Positions 27,582 to 36,149 of a stretch of 40,000 nt of DNA are shown piece by piece. Origin of the DNA: an uncultured Gilliamella sp. (GTDB lineage: Bacteria; Pseudomonadota; Gammaproteobacteria; Enterobacterales; Orbaceae); assembly GCF_945271295.1 (NCBI RefSeq), contig NZ_CALYPG010000002.1, one strand, 5' to 3'. Position 1 is the stretch's first letter. Each line of letters begins with the position of its first letter. The translations under genes and the position numbers were made by a program. The notes under the pieces are model-generated. The model worked only from the letters and a program-made list of their open reading frames with translations, was not told where the DNA came from and made no database searches.

Positions 27582-29672
27582 GTGCAAATGGAACATCATT
27601 TTTTTGATTTAGCTTTGTTAAATCAGGCAGTTTTTGCTTGTCTGGATAATATTAACAAATTATGTAAAAATTTTGTTCATGTTGACCGCATTAATATCTT
27701 TATTGAAACGCTATCACCTTCAACATTAGCACTTTTTCACATTGATAGCCAAACTGAACAAAAAGGTGTATGGTCGCAAACATCCGCCACTGATGACAAT
27801 ACCTTCCATTGTGAACTCTCATCGATACCAATGCACTATAATCATACAACTTACCAACTTTTTTTAGCAGAGGTAATCCCAGCAAATTATTATCAGGATG
27901 TGCAAAATTGTTATCATTCCTCGTTATATTGGACAGATGATTGCCACTGTGCCTTACATTTTTTACGTACTAATGATAACAGCTTTACCGAGAGTGAAAT
28001 TACAAAGCTGCAACAATTGGCAGAACTAGTAGCAAAAATTATTACGAATTTATTTACAATTGAACAAATTAATAGTGAAAAGACATTTTTTGAACATGAA
28101 CACTTAAGAGACCATATTTTAGTTAATATTACCAATACCGCTATCTCGATTCGCGATTTAGACAAAATGTTGAAAAGGGTTGCTCAAGATATAATCGAAT
28201 TTTTTCATATTGATTATATTGGATTAATTGTTCCTTCTAGTGAACAAGTCCAACAGCAACTTTACTCCACTTATCGTCTATCAGACACCAAGTTTAGTCA
28301 GCAATGTATATCACTTAATTTACCTCAATCTTTTATTAAAAAATTAGCCCTCTCCCCTACTTTAGATATTTATTCTATTGAAGAACTTCATGCACAATAC
28401 AGTAAAAACAATATACTTAATACGATGTTAGATTTTGGATTAACTAGTTTATATTGCCTTCCTTTAACTTTAGCCAACCAACAAAAAGGTGCACTATTGT
28501 TGGCTCATCGTCATGCCGATATTTTTAGTTCAGACAATATAGATTTATTTAAACGTATTGCTGATCGTATCACTATTGCAGTCGATAATATTGAGGCATA
28601 TCAGCATGTATCAAACTTAAATCATTCCTTAACTAACGAAAATCGTTATTTATCAGAGGAAATTCATTTAATTGACTCTTATCGGGAAATTGTTGGTCAA
28701 AGTAAAGCAATTCAAAAAGTACTCGAACAAGTAGAAATGGTAGCCGATAGTGCTAGCTCAGTTTTGCTACTAGGAGAAACTGGTACTGGTAAGGAGTTAT
28801 TTGCTAAAGCAATTCATCAACGTAGTTCGCGACGTAATAAAAGGATGATTAAAATAAATTGTTCAGCCGTTCCAGCTAACTTGCTGGAAAGCGAATTATT
28901 TGGTCATGAACGTGGTGCTTTTACCAATGCTAATACACAACGAATTGGTCGATTTGAACTTGCTCATGGCAGTACCTTATTATTAGATGAAATTGGTGAT
29001 ATTCCACTTGAGTTACAACCTAAGCTATTACGAGTATTACAAGAAAAAGAAATAGAAAGGTTAGGAAGTAATAAAACTATTCCAGTTGATGCTCGGGTGA
29101 TTGCTGCAACTAACTGTGATCTTGAAAAAATGGTTGCGGATAAAACATTTCGTGCTGATCTTTATTATCGCTTAAATGTTTTCCCCATTCATATTCCACC
29201 ACTAAGACATCGCAAAGAGGATATTCCTGCGCTAGCGCAATTTTTTACCCAAAAATTTGCTCACCAAATGAAAAGAGATATAGACAGTATTGCTTCATCA
29301 ACATTACAACAATTATGTGATTACGATTGGCCTGGTAATGTTAGAGAACTGGCTAATGTTATAGAACGCGCAGTTATTTTAACTAAAGGGGCTAGCTTGA
29401 ATTTAAATATGCAATCTTTTCTGGTTAACGATCACTCTCTATTGCAAGTACCCATCATCAGCAAAGTGCAACCACCAGACATAAGCAACCACCATTTTAA
29501 TCATAACGATTTAATACAACGAGAAAAAATTATTCAAGTATTAAAAGAAACCAATGGCATTATTGCCGGGCCCAAAGGAGCAGCCGTCAGATTAGGACTT
29601 AAGCGCACAACACTGCTATCGAGAATGCAAAAACTCAATATTTCAGCCAAAGAAGTTATACAAGAAGAATAA
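27582..29672 (+). CDS. fhlA: FhlA/HyfR-family sigma54-dependent formate hydrogenlyase transcriptional activator
   Basis: A long N-terminal sensory region (about 370 aa) is followed by an AAA+ core carrying GETGTGKELFAKAIH (Walker A), LLLDEIGD (Walker B) and ESELFGHERGAFTNA. The C-terminal HTH AGPKGAAVRLGLKRTTLLSRMQKLNI is almost identical to the E. coli FhlA C-terminus. The track start is GTG at 27582, and an ATG at 27588 is an alternative. Confidence 0.9.
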   Translation: MQMEHHFFDLALLNQAVFACLDNINKLCKNFVHVDRINIFIETLSPSTLALFHIDSQTEQKGVWSQTSATDDNTFHCELSSIPMHYNHTTYQLFLAEVIPANYYQDVQNCYHSSLYWTDDCHCALHFLRTNDNSFTESEITKLQQLAELVAKIITNLFTIEQINSEKTFFEHEHLRDHILVNITNTAISIRDLDKMLKRVAQDIIEFFHIDYIGLIVPSSEQVQQQLYSTYRLSDTKFSQQCISLNLPQSFIKKLALSPTLDIYSIEELHAQYSKNNILNTMLDFGLTSLYCLPLTLANQQKGALLLAHRHADIFSSDNIDLFKRIADRITIAVDNIEAYQHVSNLNHSLTNENRYLSEEIHLIDSYREIVGQSKAIQKVLEQVEMVADSASSVLLLGETGTGKELFAKAIHQRSSRRNKRMIKINCSAVPANLLESELFGHERGAFTNANTQRIGRFELAHGSTLLLDEIGDIPLELQPKLLRVLQEKEIERLGSNKTIPVDARVIAATNCDLEKMVADKTFRADLYYRLNVFPIHIPPLRHRKEDIPALAQFFTQKFAHQMKRDIDSIASSTLQQLCDYDWPGNVRELANVIERAVILTKGASLNLNMQSFLVNDHSLLQVPIISKVQPPDISNHHFNHNDLIQREKIIQVLKETNGIIAGPKGAAVRLGLKRTTLLSRMQKLNISAKEVIQEE

Positions 29673-29685
29673 AAGGGACGTATTT

Positions 29686-31038
29686 ATGAGGCAATTATCA
29701 CAAATCCCACCAATTGAGAAACTACTTAATCTTCCTGAGATTGCAAGCTATCACACTATTTTAAGCCGTACTATAGTTGCCGAGATAGTAAAAAATCAAG
29801 TTAATCATTACCGCAATGAACTTGTTCAAACTCATCAATCTGTCGATTTTGAAGTACTCCTACAACAAATTTTAGTTAGTTTAGCCTACCATAATCAAAT
29901 TCGCATACAACCAATTATTAACGCGACAGGTATTGTAGTCCATACTAATCTTGGCCGTTCACCATTACCTAAAGCTATTTGGCAAGAAGTGGGTGACATT
30001 GTTTGTAACTATTCAAACCTTGAATTAAATCTGCTTAACGGTAAACGTGGCAATCGAATGGGGATGTTAAGCCAAGTATTGAAAGCTTACTTTGGCGGTG
30101 AAGCCAATATTATTGTCAATAACAATGCAGCAGCATTGCATTTTATTTTAAAAACTTTTGCACAAGGTAAAGAAGTTATCGTCTCACGTGGTGAACAAAT
30201 TCAAATTGGTGGCGGATTTCGTATACCCGATATTCTAGCTGATTCTGGCGCAATTCTTCGCGATGTCGGCACCACCAATATTACTACCATTGATGATTAC
30301 TTAGAAGCCATTAATGATAATACTGCAATAGTACTAATTGTTCATCAATCTAACTACTACATTGAAGGATTTAGCCAACAAGTTGATATTAAACAGCTTG
30401 CTGCTCGGTTACCTGAGCATATTATGTTAGTTGTCGATCAAGGTTCAGGTAATCATCTTTCTGCAATACCGAGCGAATTATCTGTTAATAATTATCTCAA
30501 AATTGAGCCAGATTTGATCTGCTTTTCTGGTGATAAAATTCTTGGCGGTCCTCAATCCGGTATTATTTTAGGTCAAAAAGATAAAATCGAAAAACTTGCC
30601 AAACATCCTATGATGCGGGTATTAAGACCCGGTAAAGAAACTTATGCAATATTAGAAAAAATATTAATTCATCGCTTGAATCATGATGGCAAAGCAGATA
30701 ATCCCGTAGAGTCACTGATTAATCAACCAATAGCATGGCATTTGGCAAGAGCCAAGCAACTAGCCGAGATTGCACCAGACAAATTACTCTTGAACGCAAC
30801 CAAATTTATGATTGGTGGTGGCAGCACACCTCGAGCGCAATTTGATACTTGGGCTATCTCCTTAAATAGTCGCCTTAGTGCTAATGCCTTAATTGAGCGT
30901 TTACGAAAGCATAATCCCCCTATTATCGGAGTAATACAAAATGATCAGGTTCAACTTTATCCAGTAACCTTATCTGATGAAGAGTTATTAATAGTTAAGG
31001 ATTGTTTAATAACCTTAACCGCTGAGACCGATTTTTAA
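29686..31038 (+). CDS. selA: L-seryl-tRNA(Sec) selenium transferase
   Basis: The motifs INATGIVVHTNLGRS, IVNNNAAAL, VSRGEQIQIGGGFRIPD and FSGDKILGGPQSGII (the PLP-lysine motif) are present. The gene starts 13 nt after the activator stop. Confidence 0.95.
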   Translation: MRQLSQIPPIEKLLNLPEIASYHTILSRTIVAEIVKNQVNHYRNELVQTHQSVDFEVLLQQILVSLAYHNQIRIQPIINATGIVVHTNLGRSPLPKAIWQEVGDIVCNYSNLELNLLNGKRGNRMGMLSQVLKAYFGGEANIIVNNNAAALHFILKTFAQGKEVIVSRGEQIQIGGGFRIPDILADSGAILRDVGTTNITTIDDYLEAINDNTAIVLIVHQSNYYIEGFSQQVDIKQLAARLPEHIMLVVDQGSGNHLSAIPSELSVNNYLKIEPDLICFSGDKILGGPQSGIILGQKDKIEKLAKHPMMRVLRPGKETYAILEKILIHRLNHDGKADNPVESLINQPIAWHLARAKQLAEIAPDKLLLNATKFMIGGGSTPRAQFDTWAISLNSRLSANALIERLRKHNPPIIGVIQNDQVQLYPVTLSDEELLIVKDCLITLTAETDF

Positions 31039-31084
31039 TTACGATAAAAAAAATCATTATTGCTAATAATCAAAGGAGTAAACA

Positions 31085-32134
31085 ATGGAAGATATCAAAC
31101 TAACTCAATTTTCACACGGTGGGGGATGTGGTTGTAAAATATCCCCAGCAGTACTAACTGAATTATTAGCTAAGGTTCCAGTCGGGCCAATTCCACCAGC
31201 ATTACTTATTGGAACTGAAACATCTGACGATGCTGCCGTGTACCAGCTAAATGATACACAAGCAGTCATTGCTACTACCGATTTTTTTACGCCAATTGTT
31301 GATAATCCCTTTGATTTTGGTTGTATCGCTGCAACCAATGCGCTATCTGATATTTATGCAATGGGGGGAACACCAATCATGGCACTAGCAATAGTGGGAA
31401 TGCCGCTGGATAAACTGCCCAAATCAGCCATAAGTGATATTTTAACTGGAGGTGCCAATATCTGCCGTCAGGCTGGTATTCCTATTGCGGGAGGGCATTC
31501 AATTGATATTCTTGAACCGGTTTATGGACTAGTAGCAATTGGTGTGATTAATCCAAAACAACTAAAAAGTAACGCCGCCGCCCAACCTAATGATGTATTG
31601 GTGTTAACTAAACCACTTGGTATAGGCATGTTATCAGCAGCTTTAAAAAAAGGTCAACTAACTAATAACGACTATGCTGAGTTAATAAAATGGACAACTA
31701 CTTTGAATAAAGTCGGCGCAGAAATTGCCACAATTGAGGGAGTTCATGCCATGACAGATGTAACCGGCTTTGGTTTAGCCGGTCACTTACTTGAAATGTG
31801 TCGAGCAGCCAGATGTCAAGCTGAGATCAGTTTTACCCAATTACCATTTTTAACCAGTGCCATCAATATTGCTAAACAAGGAATAGCAACTGGCGCTTCT
31901 AATCGAAATTGGCAAAGTTATGGTGATGCCATCAATTTAGCTCATTCGTTTGAATTGTGGCAACGGAATTTATTGACCGATCCACAAACATCGGGAGGGT
32001 TATTGATTGCCTGTAATGAAAATGCTTTACCACAAGTACAAGCAACAATTGAACGTTCACAAGGTAATCAAGGTTTTGTGGTAGGTAAAATAGCTTACAG
32101 TAATGTTACAGGTGGAGTATTGGTTAACCATTAA
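31085..32134 (+). CDS. selD: Selenide, water dikinase (selenophosphate synthetase), Cys-type
   Basis: The motifs LTQFSHGGGCGCKISP, TTDFFTPIVDNPFDFGCIAATNALSDIYAMGG, MTDVTGFGLAGHL and DPQTSGGLL are present. An AAGGAG RBS lies upstream. Confidence 0.95.
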   Translation: MEDIKLTQFSHGGGCGCKISPAVLTELLAKVPVGPIPPALLIGTETSDDAAVYQLNDTQAVIATTDFFTPIVDNPFDFGCIAATNALSDIYAMGGTPIMALAIVGMPLDKLPKSAISDILTGGANICRQAGIPIAGGHSIDILEPVYGLVAIGVINPKQLKSNAAAQPNDVLVLTKPLGIGMLSAALKKGQLTNNDYAELIKWTTTLNKVGAEIATIEGVHAMTDVTGFGLAGHLLEMCRAARCQAEISFTQLPFLTSAINIAKQGIATGASNRNWQSYGDAINLAHSFELWQRNLLTDPQTSGGLLIACNENALPQVQATIERSQGNQGFVVGKIAYSNVTGGVLVNH

Positions 32135-32195
32135 TTAACCATTTCAATCAATTGATAACAGATAACTAACAATTAATATTGGTAAAGGGGATTGT

Positions 32196-33983
32196 ATGAA
32201 TGCAGTTATTGGAACCGCAGGTCATGTTGATCATGGTAAATCATCTTTAATTGAAGCACTTACAGGTATTCATCCGTCCCATTTACCACAGGAAATTGCG
32301 CGATCGATGACCATTGATCTTGGTTTTGCTTATTTTACGACAGCTGATCAGCAAAAAATTGGTATTATCGATGTCCCTGGTCATGAACGTTTTATCCGTA
32401 ATATGGTAAAAGCCGTATGGGGTTTAGACTTAGTATTATTTGTGGTAGCAGCCGATGATGGTTGGGCGGCATTATCGACTGAACATTTACGCGTTATTGC
32501 GGCAATGGCAATTAAATCGTGTATTTTAGTCATTAGTAAAGCAGATTTGGTCGATGAACAACGCTTAAAACAAGTTGAAAATGATGCATTAGAGCATTTT
32601 TTAACCGAAATGGATCTTATTCCTGACGTAGTAAACGTAAGTAGTTATACCGGCACAGGAATAGACAGCTTAAAGCAAATGATCATTGATAAAATCAACC
32701 AGCTACAACAAAGGGAAAATTTAGATGACCAAGCACATCTTTATGTAGACCGTGTTTTTTCAGTCAATGGTATTGGTACCACTGTTACAGGCACATTGCG
32801 TGGTGGCGAAATTAATGTTGGTGATGTATTAACACTATTCCCAGGTAATCATGCTGTAAAAGTTCGCTCTCTACAAAGTTATCATACGCAACTTAATAAT
32901 GCTAAACCTTATAGCAGAACAGCAATTGGTTTAAAACAGCTTAATAGAAAGCTGGTAACCAAAGGGAGTTGCTTAGTTGCCAATCCACAAGCTATTACGA
33001 TTAGCACTGATTGGATTGTGCAATTAAACCCAACGTTTAGTGCCTCACTCAAAAAACAAAGTATTGTAGAAGTTGCTCTAGGTACGGCTCATGTATTAGC
33101 TAAATGTTATGTTTATGCGGAAGGGAAACTGGCTAGGTTACAACTGGTTGAATCTATTCCGGCTTTTTGGGGACAGCCATTATTATTGATTCAACATGGT
33201 GGTAGCCATATCATTGGTGCTGGGCGTGTGGTTTGGCTACAAAGCATTGATAGTAAAAAACGCAACCAATTACAAACGATTCTTACACAACTTACAATTA
33301 ATAGTGCAAACATGCCCAATGCACAAATTATGTTACAACTGGCGCTCAATGGCTATAGTCAACAAAAAACTGGCGCAACTCCTCCGCCTGATACTTTAAA
33401 GTTAGGGGGATGGTGGATCACTGCCGAAAGCCAAATCTCACTAAAACAGCAATGTGATAATTACTTAAATAGTGTCGTGCATACGGTCTCAGTGGATGAA
33501 CTAGCTCGAATAACCGGCTTTCCAACTACCTTAATTGAACTTATTGCCGAAGAAGCCTGCCAAACTAAACAGTGGCAAAAAATTGACGGCAATTTCACTA
33601 CAGTGAGCCAGTTACAAGAGAGCCAATTACCTGCCAACCAACAACAATTACTTGATGATATAACTCAAGCTGGCGAGCAAGGCTATGATGCAGCAAAAAC
33701 AACTATTGTGGGAATACGCCGATTATTACGCAGTTTAACTGAAAAACAACTTATTATTCCTACCGAAAATGATCTGTTTTTTACGCAAGAGATCTATCAA
33801 AATATTGTTGACAAAATTATGTCCGGCCGTAAATTAGCCCAACGATTTTCAGTAGCTGATGCACGCGATTGTACTGGACTATCACGCAAGCAACTTATTC
33901 CTCTACTTAACCGTTTAGAGCGTGATGGTTGGGTAAAACGAGTTGATAACGAGCGGGAAGTAATAAAAGAGTTTTTATCATAA
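32196..33983 (+). CDS. selB: Selenocysteine-specific translation elongation factor
   Basis: The G-domain carries GTAGHVDHGKSSL, DVPGHERF and SKADL. It is followed by EF-Tu-like beta-barrel domains and a long C-terminal extension of about 250 aa, consistent with the SECIS-binding winged-helix modules. Confidence 0.9.
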   Translation: MNAVIGTAGHVDHGKSSLIEALTGIHPSHLPQEIARSMTIDLGFAYFTTADQQKIGIIDVPGHERFIRNMVKAVWGLDLVLFVVAADDGWAALSTEHLRVIAAMAIKSCILVISKADLVDEQRLKQVENDALEHFLTEMDLIPDVVNVSSYTGTGIDSLKQMIIDKINQLQQRENLDDQAHLYVDRVFSVNGIGTTVTGTLRGGEINVGDVLTLFPGNHAVKVRSLQSYHTQLNNAKPYSRTAIGLKQLNRKLVTKGSCLVANPQAITISTDWIVQLNPTFSASLKKQSIVEVALGTAHVLAKCYVYAEGKLARLQLVESIPAFWGQPLLLIQHGGSHIIGAGRVVWLQSIDSKKRNQLQTILTQLTINSANMPNAQIMLQLALNGYSQQKTGATPPPDTLKLGGWWITAESQISLKQQCDNYLNSVVHTVSVDELARITGFPTTLIELIAEEACQTKQWQKIDGNFTTVSQLQESQLPANQQQLLDDITQAGEQGYDAAKTTIVGIRRLLRSLTEKQLIIPTENDLFFTQEIYQNIVDKIMSGRKLAQRFSVADARDCTGLSRKQLIPLLNRLERDGWVKRVDNEREVIKEFLS

Positions 33984-34061
33984 CACATTAATATGCAAGA
34001 TTATTCAAGATATAGCATTTTGCGATAATTATATAAAAAGAACAAATTAGACTCATTATGT

Positions 34062-34152
34062 TGGCGGAAGAGGCAGGAATCGAACCTACCCCAGCCGATA
34101 GGCTGACAACGGTTTTGAAGACCGCGAAGACCACCAGATCTCATCAACTTCC
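34062..34152 (-). tRNA. selC: tRNA-Sec (anticodon UCA)
   Basis: The minus strand reads GGAAGTTGATGAGATCTGGTGGTCTTCGCGGTCTTCAAAACCGTTGTCAGCCTATCGGCTGGGGTAGGTTCGATTCCTGCCTCTTCCGCCA. It has a 6-bp D-stem with a 4-nt loop (GAGAUC-UGGU-GGUCUU), the anticodon loop CU-UCA-AA and a long variable arm (UCAGCC-UAUC-GGCUGG). The T-loop is UUCGAUU and the 3' end is an encoded GCCA. The gene sits next to selB. Acceptor pairing is imperfect (see findings). Confidence 0.8.
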
Positions 34153-34257
34153 ATAGCTATCAACCTGTTAATAATAGCATAGACTAGCCCAACATTGTCA
34201 ATTAAATTAATATATTAGTCATAGCTAATTTTAATGTGATATATAGCGTTGTACTTG

Positions 34258-35049
34258 CTATTTCTCTGCTCTGATCATAAACATTGGTGTAGAATGATAA
34301 TTAAGTAATTCAACTTGATCCCAAACCTGCTTAGAAATATCCGTGTCAAGATAAATCTTACTAAATCCTAAATCAATCAGTTTCTGCACATCCCATTGTG
34401 GTCTTAATTCATGACTTAATGGTAATAATTTAGCAATACGCTCCATCTCAATGGTATCAGTTAACAAATAATGATCTGCCACATTTTTGATACGAGTGTT
34501 ATTACGATCACGTTGATATGCAATATAGCGAGAAGGATCATATAAAAACAAGTACCAATTAGCATCAAAGTTTAATAATCGTCCCCCTTTTTTTAATACT
34601 CGTAACCATTCTTTATAACCATCTAATGGCTTATCTAAATCCCAAGTTACATTTCGCATGACAACTAAATCAAAAGTATTATCAGCAAAAGGGAGCGATT
34701 GAACATCTGAAAGCACTAATTCAATGTCCACTTGATAATGTTGAGCATTTTTATTTGCTTGTTCCAACATAGCTTGTGTCACATCTACTGCTGTCACATT
34801 ATGTCCAGCTAAAGCTAATGTAATAGCCATAAAACCTGGCCCGGTACCAATATCCAAGACGTTTAAAACATCTTTTTTAGGTGCATGAGATAAAATCAGA
34901 TTTTGCCAAATGATACGTTTTTCTGTAGCTAGTTCTTCTTGATTAGTCTGACTATAACCTTGAGCACGCTTACTCCAATAAGCAACAATATCTTGTACCA
35001 GACTATTGTTGTGGCCGTTATCTTGTTTACTGCACACACCCTCTCCCAA
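34258..35049 (-). CDS. Class I SAM-dependent methyltransferase, substrate unknown
   Basis: VLDIGTGPGFMAITLALAGHNVTAVD is motif I, with FDLVVMRNV and GGRLL downstream. The start codon is uncertain because no clear RBS precedes the ATG at 35049. Confidence 0.75.
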   Translation of the reverse strand: MGEGVCSKQDNGHNNSLVQDIVAYWSKRAQGYSQTNQEELATEKRIIWQNLILSHAPKKDVLNVLDIGTGPGFMAITLALAGHNVTAVDVTQAMLEQANKNAQHYQVDIELVLSDVQSLPFADNTFDLVVMRNVTWDLDKPLDGYKEWLRVLKKGGRLLNFDANWYLFLYDPSRYIAYQRDRNNTRIKNVADHYLLTDTIEMERIAKLLPLSHELRPQWDVQKLIDLGFSKIYLDTDISKQVWDQVELLNYHSTPMFMIRAEK

Positions 35050-35273
35050 TATTTTTATTTATTATTAGCGTTATTTAATTGACATTATGACGCATTTTTT
35101 ACTTATCGATAATAGTATAAATTGAAATTGTCAAAATCCATTAACATTACTGTAATCATTAGCCATTTATTTGTTAGCTAAATTAAAGCCCATAATTACG
35201 TCTATTTAAATTATCGTGATAGTAAAGCCATTAATTGTAAGTTGAAAGGAGGCGATAATTTGACATGTATAAT

Positions 35274-35296
35274 GTGACCAGCGAAAAGCTGGTCAC
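35274..35296 (-). terminator. Perfect 9-bp hairpin immediately downstream of the flagellin gene
   Basis: GTGACCAGC-gaaaa-GCTGGTCAC lies 8 nt past the flagellin stop. The trailing U-tract on the minus strand is only moderate (AUUAUACAU). Confidence 0.5.
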
Positions 35297-35303
35297 AATT
35301 ACT

Positions 35304-36149
35304 TTATTGCATTAATTGTTGTAATAAAGATAACACGGTTTGTGGAGCTTGGTTAGCTTGAGCTAATACTGCGGTACTTGCTTGTTGTAGAATTTGTGCA
35401 TGAATCATATTTGATATTTCGGTTGCATAATCAGTATCTTCAATACGGCTACGTGAAGCTGATAGATTATTAATTCGATCATTAAGCTCGGTGATTATTG
35501 CTTCAAAACGATTTTGGTTTGCGCCAAGTTGTCCTCGATAAGAGTCAACCGTACTTATGCTTTCATCTATTTTTCGTAAAAAATCCGGAACGAGCGTTAT
35601 GTCGAGGTTAGCATTGGAAAAATCTGAGAGAAGAATGTCAACATCACGCCATACATTAGACATATCCCATAATTCAACAGTTACTGTTTCTCTATCTAAT
35701 GCTCCGACTTGAAAATCACACCTTCTAGGTTGGTATAATACAGCTAAGCCATTAAAAGTAACTTGTTTTACAATGCGTTCAATTTCTGCATTATGGTCTC
35801 TCATCTCATTGTAAATAGAGTATTTATCACCTATAGAGTTAGTTCCATTTAATGCTTGTACTGATAATTCACGTATACGTTGTAAATTATCATTAATTTG
35901 ACTTACTCCACTTTCAACGGTTTGTATTAGTGAAATGCCATCATTAGCATTACGGATTGCTTGGGTTAAGCCACGAATTTGTGAAGTAAAGCGGTTAGCA
36001 ATACCTTGACCTGCGGCATCATCCTTAGCACTATTAATGCGATAACCAGTTGAAAGGCGTTGAATTGAATTATTTAAAGCGTTTTGAGATTTGTTTAGAT
36101 TTTGTCGAGCCATTAAAGACATGATGTTAGTATTAATTACTTGTGCCAT
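35304..36149 (-). CDS. fliC: Flagellin, short form (conserved D0/D1 only, minimal variable region)
   Basis: The N-terminus MAQVINTNIMSLMARQNLNKSQNALNNSIQRLSTGYRINSAKDDAAGQGIANRF and the block LQRIRELSVQALNGTN are present. The C-terminus carries GANQNRFEAIITELN..SRIEDTDYATEISNMIHAQILQQASTAVLAQANQAPQTVLSLLQ. A GGAG RBS lies upstream. Confidence 0.9.
   Translation of the reverse strand: MAQVINTNIMSLMARQNLNKSQNALNNSIQRLSTGYRINSAKDDAAGQGIANRFTSQIRGLTQAIRNANDGISLIQTVESGVSQINDNLQRIRELSVQALNGTNSIGDKYSIYNEMRDHNAEIERIVKQVTFNGLAVLYQPRRCDFQVGALDRETVTVELWDMSNVWRDVDILLSDFSNANLDITLVPDFLRKIDESISTVDSYRGQLGANQNRFEAIITELNDRINNLSASRSRIEDTDYATEISNMIHAQILQQASTAVLAQANQAPQTVLSLLQQLMQ

Noticed and set aside
35265-35315. 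A 16-codon plus-strand ORF (MYNVTSEKLVTITLLH) with an upstream AAGGAGG, antisense to the flagellin 3' end.
   Set aside because: The ORF is essentially the flagellin terminator hairpin read as protein. The SD-ATG spacing of about 12 nt is too long, and nothing suggests a toxin/antitoxin-type small gene.
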